16,637 nt of DNA from NCBI GenBank assembly GCA_044359535.1, contig JBIKLZ010000026.1:1-16637 (forward strand), read 5' to 3'. Numbering within the stretch: position 1 is the stretch's first letter; every line of letters starts with the position of its first letter. Made by a program: the position numbers and the translations under genes. Of this stretch, positions 9,115 to 16,562 are shown one piece after another. The notes under the pieces were generated by a model. It had not been told where the DNA came from. It made no database searches and saw only the letters and a list, made by a program, of their open reading frames with translations. Origin of the DNA: Chlamydiia bacterium (lineage in GTDB: Bacteria > Chlamydiota > Chlamydiia > Chlamydiales > 2-12-FULL-49-11).

Positions 9115-9212
9115 ACTATTATCCTTTATAGCAGTTTCCCTTCTCATAAAGAAGGCTGAATTTTGTTTAATCAGTAGAGCTGAATTCAGAATCTACGATA
9201 AGTTATGCAAAG

Positions 9213-9262
9213 ATGTTATCAAATGGGTCTATTTAAACACAATGGTTTTTTTATTTTTTTTT
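9213..9262 (-). promoter_or_regulatory. Candidate sigma70-type promoter for the ribosomal protein operon
   Basis: Minus strand TTGTGT (9242-9237), N18, TAACAT (9218-9213) with TGn extended -10, and an upstream A-tract (9246-9262) resembling an UP element. Motif match only. Confidence 0.4.
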
Positions 9263-9432
9263 GATTTCCCCCAATTTTCTCTAAAAAAAATCGCGTTAGG
9301 AAATTCTCTCAATGAGTACAGTTTTTATTACGTAGACCTTTACTTGAGAAATGACAAAACTTGCCCCTATCATTGAAGCAATGATGAAAAAAATGATCCA
9401 TTCTTTTTCTGTTAATTTTTCTTTTGATTGGG

Positions 9433-10002
9433 TCATCTAAAATATTTACTTTCAATATTTTTAATACCGCACACATGATCAATAATTTTTATTGCTATAA
9501 GAAGGACAAGGGTTGTAACAATAAGAGCCATGAATCCTGGTAAAAAAAGTGTCGCTGAACTAAAAATCAATAACCCTATTGAAAGGATCGAAATAGCAAG
9601 GACAACAAACTGAACGATGATCTCCCCTTGTTTTACAGCTGAATAGAGAGTAAGATCTCTTAATTTTTCAAAATTGCCTTGTTCTCTTGCGGTTTTAATT
9701 TGATCTTGGCAAGACTTCCTATTTTGGCCCATTTTTGTGATTAAAAGGGTGGATTGGATTAAAGATACAATGATATTAATCACTGTGCCTACAACAGGGA
9801 CAGTAGTCAAAACAACCATTGCTAGGGAAGATAATGATGATACAAAAAAGACCACAAGGGGGGCAATTCCCTGACAAAGGGTTGCAAAAAAGGCCAACAC
9901 TGAACAAGCTAGCTGTGCCCCTATATCTTTCTTCCCCTCATGGGTAAGGGGGGTAGTTGCTGAAGCTAAACCTGCCCTTCCTGCCACTACCACTGAATCC
10001 AT
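9433..10002 (-). CDS. Hypothetical membrane protein, Inc-like (two long hydrophobic hairpin segments)
   Basis: 189 aa; GGGGAG just upstream of the ATG; uncharged stretches at aa 27-89 and 128-171 separated by a charged helix; same strand as neighbours; own promoter candidate. Confidence 0.75.
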   Translation of the reverse strand: MDSVVVAGRAGLASATTPLTHEGKKDIGAQLACSVLAFFATLCQGIAPLVVFFVSSLSSLAMVVLTTVPVVGTVINIIVSLIQSTLLITKMGQNRKSCQDQIKTAREQGNFEKLRDLTLYSAVKQGEIIVQFVVLAISILSIGLLIFSSATLFLPGFMALIVTTLVLLIAIKIIDHVCGIKNIESKYFR

Positions 10003-10026
10003 AAACTCCCCTATGTTTACTCTTTA

Positions 10027-10055
10027 AGAATACCACTGTGGGGAGAAACTATCAA
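10027..10055 (-). promoter_or_regulatory. Candidate sigma70/sigma66 promoter for the 189 aa gene
   Basis: Minus strand TTGATA (10055-10050), N17, TATTCT (10032-10027) with TGn extended -10; 24 nt between the -10 and the ATG. Confidence 0.6.
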
Positions 10056-10431
10056 GATCTAAAGTGCACTTCTATTATCACATATTTTTTTCAACTATGT
10101 GCGCATCTTGAAAATGTAAGGATTTATAATTAAATTTTTATGTTTATGTGTCGTACAATGGCACATTACAGTAGACTTCTTTGAAAACTTGCTCTGATTG
10201 AAAAAATGAATTATTTTTGAGTACATTTTTGAAAAAAGATGACAAAAAGAATCATTTTAAAAACAAATGAAGTGTTGAAAGAAGCCTACTATTGGAAAGT
10301 CTCATGGAGAGTAGAATTTTTTTTATGAACTAATCCACTTCATTAAAAAAATTTACTGTTCATGTTTTACTTCTTTTTATGTAATTAACTTCTTTTCATC
10401 ATTTTAGACCCTGGAGCCAAGGATCTAGGCC

Positions 10432-10467
10432 AAAAAAAACCATCCAAGAAATTTCTTGGATGGTTTT
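10432..10467 (-). terminator. Rho-independent terminator after the 442 aa gene
   Basis: Perfect 32-bp palindrome AAAACCATCCAAGAAA/TTTCTTGGATGGTTTT (10436-10467), 23 nt after the stop. A8 at 10432-10439 gives a U8 tail on the minus strand; a T4 tail is present on the plus strand. Confidence 0.88.
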
Positions 10468-10490
10468 ACTAAAAGATAAAGTCTTTCTGT

Positions 10491-11819
10491 TTATGAACTT
10501 GATGAACTTGGTGAACTTAATTTTTGTAGCATCTTTTCAAGCTTGTCTATCTCTTTATTTGCAATCGAAACTGTTTTGTCTGCTTCAACAGCTCTTTTAT
10601 TCAATGTCAAGAATCCTCCAACAAGGTTAGCAAGAGCTACAACCCCCATGATTCCAGCGACAATCAAAGGTGATACAGTAAGAGCTAAAACACATACGAT
10701 TAAAGAAAAAATACCGGCAATCACAGAGACAACCCCAAGAGCCATGTTATATCCAGTTAGAACTTTTGCTTCTTCAGTGTAAAATTTTACTTTTCGCACT
10801 CTTTTTTCTTCTATAGTTATAGCTCCTTCAGCAATCTGAACAACCCCTCCAACAATTTCAACCACAGATCCAGCAATTCCTAAGCCAGATTTGACATTGT
10901 CTTTAACATATAAAACTCCATTTTTTATAAAAAGCTCTATAGAATTAAGGACATTTTTAATTGTTATGAGTAATTTTGCCAACATTTCAACAATTTTTAT
11001 TGTAAGATCCCACTCTTTTTCTTCACTTTTTTCTTTTTTTAGTGCTTTTATTGCTGCATCAAGTTTTTGACCTTTTTGCACTAGTTCTAAAATACCTTTT
11101 AAAGTGTTTGCAATAGAGAGCGCTTTTGCCCCATCTTTTAACTGCCGATCGATTTCTTTAGCTCCTCGAGCTGCTTCTGAATCCCCAAAAGAAGCTATCA
11201 TTCTTATAAGAAACCCAACCGTTTTATCACCTGCTAAAACTGCACATACGGCTACTGGTGTCGGCATTTCATCACTTGACCAAACCGCCTTACCTTCCTT
11301 AATGGTTACTTTATAAGAAGCTTTACTGCTTGCGCCGTCTAACCCCTCTTGTTCTTGCTCTAAAAAATTTTTTAGGGTGCTTAGATCCGAAACCAAGGCT
11401 GTTCTTAATTTTTGATAGTCGTCGCTCGCTTGATCTGTCACTTTTTCTAGTTCATCAAATCGTTTTTCTAGAGCTTTAAAACCAAATTTCGGACGTAGGT
11501 ATCTAGCTTTGTCATTGCCTACAGGACTTTTACTACCTCCACCTTCTCCTACTTCTTCTGATGCTTGTGAAGAACTCCTAGATCTGCTAGATGAAGAGTC
11601 CCCAACAGTTACCCTTCCTCCTAATCCAGAATCGCCTTGATCTTCTTCCCCTCCAGCTGGATAGCTTGATTGATGTCTTCTTATACTGGCACCTAAAATT
11701 CGCGCCACTTCACCTGTTTTTTGTGCAGATCGGGCTCTTAATCTTTGATCAACTTGTCCTGGTTCGCCTGTTTGTTGCATTATTCTTGAATCTGATCCTG
11801 ACACTGGGGCAATTGACAT
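10491..11819 (-). CDS. Hypothetical secreted/inclusion-membrane effector candidate at the Cap1/CT529 syntenic position
   Basis: 442 aa; AAGGAG-N7-ATG; Ser/Gly-rich disordered N-terminus (MSIAPVSGSDS...); heptad coiled coil aa ~114-156; uncharged bilobed segment aa 353-406 with central SP; short C-terminal coiled coil; followed by a terminator. Confidence 0.8.
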   Translation of the reverse strand: MSIAPVSGSDSRIMQQTGEPGQVDQRLRARSAQKTGEVARILGASIRRHQSSYPAGGEEDQGDSGLGGRVTVGDSSSSRSRSSSQASEEVGEGGGSKSPVGNDKARYLRPKFGFKALEKRFDELEKVTDQASDDYQKLRTALVSDLSTLKNFLEQEQEGLDGASSKASYKVTIKEGKAVWSSDEMPTPVAVCAVLAGDKTVGFLIRMIASFGDSEAARGAKEIDRQLKDGAKALSIANTLKGILELVQKGQKLDAAIKALKKEKSEEKEWDLTIKIVEMLAKLLITIKNVLNSIELFIKNGVLYVKDNVKSGLGIAGSVVEIVGGVVQIAEGAITIEEKRVRKVKFYTEEAKVLTGYNMALGVVSVIAGIFSLIVCVLALTVSPLIVAGIMGVVALANLVGGFLTLNKRAVEADKTVSIANKEIDKLEKMLQKLSSPSSSSS

Positions 11820-11972
11820 TCTCTTTCTCCTTATAAAAGTTGCACCTCAAATGATTGAGATGGTGGTGTGTTTTCCTATTTTTTAACGAGAAATAAAATA
11901 ACGTTTAAATTGTAAAAAAACTAATTGTAACAATTTTTTTAGGTTTTTAAATTTCTCTTTATATTTACTAAA

Positions 11973-12001
11973 AGGGTACATGATGCGTTCATTAAATGCA
12001 A
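11973..12001 (-). promoter_or_regulatory. Candidate sigma70/sigma66 promoter for the 442 aa gene
   Basis: Minus strand TTGCAT (12001-11996), N17, TACCCT (11978-11973). Motif match only, in AT-rich DNA. Confidence 0.4.
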
Positions 12002-12029
12002 GTAAATAGATTGTAAAGATTTAAAAAAA

Positions 12030-13001
12030 CTATACTCTACCTTGTACAATCACAATCGGAGTCTTATTTCTAGCTCCATTAATAAAATCTTGAACATCCA
12101 TTGATTTCTTACTTTCTGGTTGCACTCTGCAGATCCGTATCACCCCATCCTTACATCCCACAAGCCACCCCTCCTTTTTAGAAAAGCCTACCGTCTGAGG
12201 GTAAGCAACTCCATCTGAAGAATATTTTTCCCCTCTAAGAATCTTTATTAGAATCCTTTTTCCCTCTAATTCAACCTCTGTGATAGCCCCTGGAACATCC
12301 CCAAAGGCCCGAATGTGATTCAAAATGGTATCGACACTTTGCGTCCAATCAATCCATTCATCCCCCTTTGTCACCTTTTTTGTAAATGTCACCTCTCCCT
12401 TTTGGGGCATTTTGCTCACACAGTTCTGCTCACACTCCTCTAAACACTCCAATAGCAGCGCCTCAGCTTTTATAAACATTTTTTTTTCTATATCGCTATG
12501 GTTTTCTTTTTCAGAGATTTTTAACTTTCCCATCTTTAAAATATCCCCTGCATCCATCTTTTTTACCATTTCAATAATGGCTACCCCTATCTCTTTATCC
12601 CCTTCTAAAATAGCGCTCCTTAATGGGGATGCTCCACGATATTTTGGGAGAAAAGAGGGGTGGATGTTTATAGGAAGTTGTTTGGGAATTGCAAGAAGCG
12701 CTTCACTTATAATCTCTCCGTAAGAAACAACGACAAAAAGATCGGGGGTAAACGATCTTAAAATCGAAGCAAACTCAGGTGTTGAGGCTTTTTCAGGTTG
12801 AAACAAAGGGATGTTTGGGTAGTGTTCTAATAAAAATTTTTTTACCGGAGGGGGCAACACTTTACCCCCTCTTTCTTTGGCTTTATCCCCTTTTGTTACC
12901 ACAGCGACAACCTTTTTCCCATGAAAAAGGAGCGCTGAAAGAATATGAGTTGCAAACAGGTCCGTTCCAAAAAAAATAATTGATTGTATAGAATCCTTCA
13001 T
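12030..13001 (-). CDS. fmt: Methionyl-tRNA formyltransferase
   Basis: IIFFGTDLFA, VVVSYGEII, INIHPSFLPKYRGASP, MDAGDI, IDW, VQPESKKSM. Confidence 0.97.
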   Translation of the reverse strand: MKDSIQSIIFFGTDLFATHILSALLFHGKKVVAVVTKGDKAKERGGKVLPPPVKKFLLEHYPNIPLFQPEKASTPEFASILRSFTPDLFVVVSYGEIISEALLAIPKQLPINIHPSFLPKYRGASPLRSAILEGDKEIGVAIIEMVKKMDAGDILKMGKLKISEKENHSDIEKKMFIKAEALLLECLEECEQNCVSKMPQKGEVTFTKKVTKGDEWIDWTQSVDTILNHIRAFGDVPGAITEVELEGKRILIKILRGEKYSSDGVAYPQTVGFSKKEGWLVGCKDGVIRICRVQPESKKSMDVQDFINGARNKTPIVIVQGRV

Positions 13002-13007
13002 AAGATT

Positions 13008-13826
13008 TTAAAGAACCTTTTCCATATTTTGAGCTCCGACCTCTTTCCTATAAGGGGAGATCCCCTTTGAAGTACTACTACAAAATTCTACCCAATTATC
13101 AATATGTTCACTTTGAGGGATCGTTTCTAAAATTTTTTCCCGTGCTTCGACCCATTTTAGCCCCATTTTATAGGTAATACGAAAGGCTTTGGCCAAATTA
13201 CGTTGCTCTTCATGGGAAAAGTGCCTTCTTTTTAACCCTACAATATTTAAAGAACTCACTTTACATGGATAACCGGAACATATTGCATAAGGAGGGATAT
13301 CTAACACAACCATTGACCCCCCTCCAACCATGGCGTGATCTCCTACCCTTAATTTTTGAGCAATGGCACATAACCCCCCTAAAATCACAAAATTTCCAAT
13401 CGTTACATGCCCTGCAAGGGTCGCTCCATTTGTCATAATCACGTGATTACCCACAATACAATTGTGCGCAACAAAGCAATAGGGCATAAGGAGGCAATAA
13501 TTCCCCACCTTGACCCTTGTTCCATCCCCGCAAGATGAATTAATTGAAACATATTCCCGAATATCACAGTGTTGTCCAATCTCTACAAAGGTTTCTTCCC
13601 CTTTAAAGCTCAAGTTTGTGGTTGGCGACCCTAAGGTAGCAAAAGAGGCCACTTTTGTCCCCTTTCCTACTCTTACATTCCCTTCAATTGTCACATGAGA
13701 TTTTAATACAACCCCTTCTTCTAGAATAATACCTGGAGAATCTAAAATACAGTATGGACCCACTATAACCGTTTCATCTATTTTTGCATCTTTATGCACA
13801 ATTGCCGTGCTATGTATATTTGGCAT
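13008..13826 (-). CDS. lpxA: UDP-N-acetylglucosamine O-acyltransferase
   Basis: IHSTAIV start, hexapeptide repeats, IREYVSI, VAHNCIVG, LAGHVTIG, DIPPY, LNIVGLKRR; follows fabZ. Confidence 0.96.
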   Translation of the reverse strand: MPNIHSTAIVHKDAKIDETVIVGPYCILDSPGIILEEGVVLKSHVTIEGNVRVGKGTKVASFATLGSPTTNLSFKGEETFVEIGQHCDIREYVSINSSCGDGTRVKVGNYCLLMPYCFVAHNCIVGNHVIMTNGATLAGHVTIGNFVILGGLCAIAQKLRVGDHAMVGGGSMVVLDIPPYAICSGYPCKVSSLNIVGLKRRHFSHEEQRNLAKAFRITYKMGLKWVEAREKILETIPQSEHIDNWVEFCSSTSKGISPYRKEVGAQNMEKVL

Positions 13827-13832
13827 TAAATT

Positions 13833-14282
13833 TTACCCTTTCCCTTTTATTATCGAAAATGTCATTTCCCCTTCAGCGCACTTTTTCCCATCAACTTCAA
13901 CTATCCCCTTACATTTTCCTCCAACAACAGAGGCATGTTTTACCTCTAATATCAATTTCATCGTATCCCCTGGATAGATAGGTCTACGAAATTTAAAATG
14001 ATCAATCCCTACTAAAACTTTAAGACCTTCATAGGCCTTTAGTGAGATAAAAATAGCCCCCACCTGTGCTAAGGCTTCAACCATTAAAACCCCTGGCATC
14101 ATTGGGTCATTGGGAAAGTGGCCTGCAAAAAAGGGGGCCTGTTCTTCCAATGTTTTGTAGGCGATCATCACCCTTTTTTCCATGTCAAAAGATTCAACCC
14201 TGTCGACAAATAAAAAGGGCTCTCTGTGGGGGATGCGCCGCTTAATTTCTTCTAGATCCATCGCCCCTTGATCCACTTCCAT
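13833..14282 (-). CDS. fabZ: 3-hydroxyacyl-ACP dehydratase
   Basis: IPHREPFLFVDRV, FFAGHFPNDPMMPGVLMVEALAQ, FRRPIYPGD; start overlaps the lpxC stop (TAATG). Confidence 0.97.
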   Translation of the reverse strand: MEVDQGAMDLEEIKRRIPHREPFLFVDRVESFDMEKRVMIAYKTLEEQAPFFAGHFPNDPMMPGVLMVEALAQVGAIFISLKAYEGLKVLVGIDHFKFRRPIYPGDTMKLILEVKHASVVGGKCKGIVEVDGKKCAEGEMTFSIIKGKG

Positions 14283-15127
14283 TATTCCTCCATAATATTT
14301 TTATAGATCCTTTTTGCGCACTCTGTATGAAGAAAGTGCCCTCCAAAAAGGACAACAAAGTGAGCTCGCACTGGAGCTCCTACTAAAGATAAGTCCCCTA
14401 TCAAATCAAGGATTTTATGTCTTACCATTTCATTAGAGCACCTAAGCCCCAATGGATTTAATACCCTTTCTTGATCAATGACCACCCCATGATTTAAATC
14501 TCCCCCTTGAATCACCTTTTTCTCCACAAGAAGTTCAATCTCTTCTAACAGGGCAAATGTTCGACAAAAGCTAAGCTCTTCTATAAATGATTTTTTGTCC
14601 ACACTAAGAGAATAAAATTGTGAAGAAAGAAGGGGGTGGTTTTTATAGGCAATGGTATAACTGACCTTCAATTCTTCTGATGGAAGGGCAATAATTTGAC
14701 CGTTTTGTGTATCTAAATAGATCGGCTGTTGTAGATAATAGATCTTTTGAATACCCTGTTGGGCCGTAACGCCCCCTTCTTCAAGAAGTCTTACAAATTC
14801 TTTGCTACTTCCATCACAAATTGGAGGCTCAAAACTATCTAATTCAATCACAAGATCATCAATGTCTAAGGCATAGACAGCTGCAAGAACGTGCTCGACA
14901 CATTGAATACTCACCTCCTTGTTTCCAAGAATTGTGCATCGTGGAGTCCCTTTTAAATGATCGATAGTTGCTTTTATAAGAGGGCTATTGGGCAAATCAA
15001 GACGCTTAAAGAAAATCCCCTCTTCTATTGAGGGGACAAAAGATAAGGTCACCTTTAGTCCAGAAAAAAGTCCCACCCCATCGATTGTGACCTTTTTACA
15101 AATCGATTGCCTGACCCTTTCCTTCAC
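14282..15127 (-). CDS. lpxC: UDP-3-O-acyl-GlcNAc deacetylase
   Basis: GVGLFSG, VEHVLAA, EPPICDGSS, RTF, HKILDLIGDL, GGH zinc/catalytic motifs. Start set at GTG 15127 (GGAG-N8-GTG); the ORF track uses TTG 15172. Confidence 0.96.
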   Translation of the reverse strand: MKERVRQSICKKVTIDGVGLFSGLKVTLSFVPSIEEGIFFKRLDLPNSPLIKATIDHLKGTPRCTILGNKEVSIQCVEHVLAAVYALDIDDLVIELDSFEPPICDGSSKEFVRLLEEGGVTAQQGIQKIYYLQQPIYLDTQNGQIIALPSEELKVSYTIAYKNHPLLSSQFYSLSVDKKSFIEELSFCRTFALLEEIELLVEKKVIQGGDLNHGVVIDQERVLNPLGLRCSNEMVRHKILDLIGDLSLVGAPVRAHFVVLFGGHFLHTECAKRIYKNIMEE

Positions 15128-15199
15128 CGCAAAAGCTCCATGTTGAGCTTTGTATCCCTCCGATAGTGGCAATTGATCTCCTTTTCTTATGAAGAAAGT

Positions 15200-16562
15200 C
15201 TATTCTAAAGAGTATTTTTTGATCAAGTTTTTATGGTAAATCACATGTGGGATGCCTAAGCAGAATAAAATAAGAAAAAACCATCCACAGTTTCCTATAT
15301 GTGAAAAAAACGTTTTGTACCTATAGGGGACAAACGATTCTACTAACACTCCCTTATAAAGGCTCCCATCTGCTTCTTTTAAAGGAAGCCTTTTTACCAC
15401 CTTCCCAGTAGGGGAAATAAGTGCCGACACCCCAACATTTCCTGCCCGAATAGAATAGATCCCCTGCTCAACAGAGCGCATCCTTCCAATATCAAAATGG
15501 CTTTCAATCAGCTTTGAATCAATAAACCATCCATCATTATGAATATTAAGATGCAGCTGCGGCTCTAGCTTATTTCCTTCTAAAAAATAGTCAGGGAACC
15601 CCTCATCAAAACAAATCGTTGGGAGAATGTTCCATTTTGATTTAAAAACGTCTACCCCAGACCCTTGTTTAAACGACCCATCAAGGCCATAACGCCTTGC
15701 AATGGGTTGTAAAAAATCATAAGGAATATACTCTCCAAGGGGAAGGAGGTGATGTTTAACATATACCCCTAACAACTTCCCTTTAGAAAAGTAAAAGAGA
15801 CTATTTTTTTCTTCAGCAATTAAGCCCACTGCAATATCGGTATGCAAATATAGCGAAAAAATGGTAAAAAGGTCGATATGATTAAATCTTTCTTTTCCAT
15901 AAAAAAAGGGGATCATATCTTTTGGTAACATCCTTTCCAAATCTTTTTTGGTGTACCTTTCTAGGTATCCATCTCCTCCAAGGGTTGCTTCTGGCAGGCA
16001 GACTAAATCAAGAACATCTAAAGACTCCAGCCTCTCCCATAAACTTTTTACCTGTTCTTCTATCGGTATATAACAGTCTTCTTTTCCTGAAAGAGGCCAT
16101 TTTTCTTCTACTCTTAGCCCTGTCTGAACAATGGCCACATCGATTTTTTCTCCTGCGACCTGATAATAAAAATGGGTTAAATAAAGAGTGTATCCACAAA
16201 GAATGGGGAGAAAAACAGTTATACAGTAAGTGGCTGCCCTTTTTAAAGCGATCGCTTTTGCTACCATCAAACTTACAAAAATCACAATAAACGAAAGTCC
16301 ATAAACTCCAAAAAGTGATGCAAGCATCCGTGTCGGTTGAAAAGGGGATAAAATCAATCCCACTAGGTGAAAAGGAAAGCCGCAGATCACAAAAAGACGA
16401 AGGTACTCACAAAAAGCAAATAGAAGGGAAAGTTCCCCCATTTTAAAAAGGGTTAGATCTTTTACCCCTTTTGGAAGAAAATACCCAAAAAGAGAAAACC
16501 CTATTGGAAAAAGGGACGAAAAAAATAGATAGACATAGAAAATTCCATCCCCATGATACTTT
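15200..16562 (-). CDS. lnt: Apolipoprotein N-acyltransferase (5'-truncated)
   Basis: Nitrilase-fold triad motifs LPEAT, YVKHHLLPLGEYIP and ICFDE; NDGWF; GFPF; GVYGLSF. The frame stays open upstream of ATG 16441 (..KYHGDGIFYVYLFFSSLFPIGFSLFGYFLP..) up to the poly-G tract, so the real start is missing. Confidence 0.93.

Noticed and set aside
9035-9376. 113 aa plus-strand ORF
   Set aside because: Antisense to the rplC start and its promoter region; the Phe-rich part is translated T-tract; no recognisable motif.
10436-10467. 32-bp perfect palindrome as a CRISPR repeat, MITE or recombination site
   Set aside because: Single copy in the window, just after a stop codon and with a U-tail; a terminator explains it.
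9433-11819. Orphan pair as T3SS translocators (CopB/CopD-like) or as a mobile/defence island
   Set aside because: No adjacent TPR chaperone, the genes are split by a terminator, and there is no integrase, transposase or flanking direct repeat. Not preferred, though not formally excluded without a structure search.
13833-15127. LpxC-FabZ fusion as in Bacteroidota
   Set aside because: A TAA stop overlaps the fabZ ATG in a different frame; these are two translationally coupled genes.
10543-16290. Antisense or nested ORFs at 10543, 11104, 11591, 12325, 12779, 13510, 13784, 15922 and 16008
   Set aside because: Shadow frames of well-supported minus-strand genes.
16439-16441. ATG 16441 as the lnt start, or lnt as a pseudogene
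   Set aside because: The frame is open and Lnt-like upstream to 16562; the truncation is technical.
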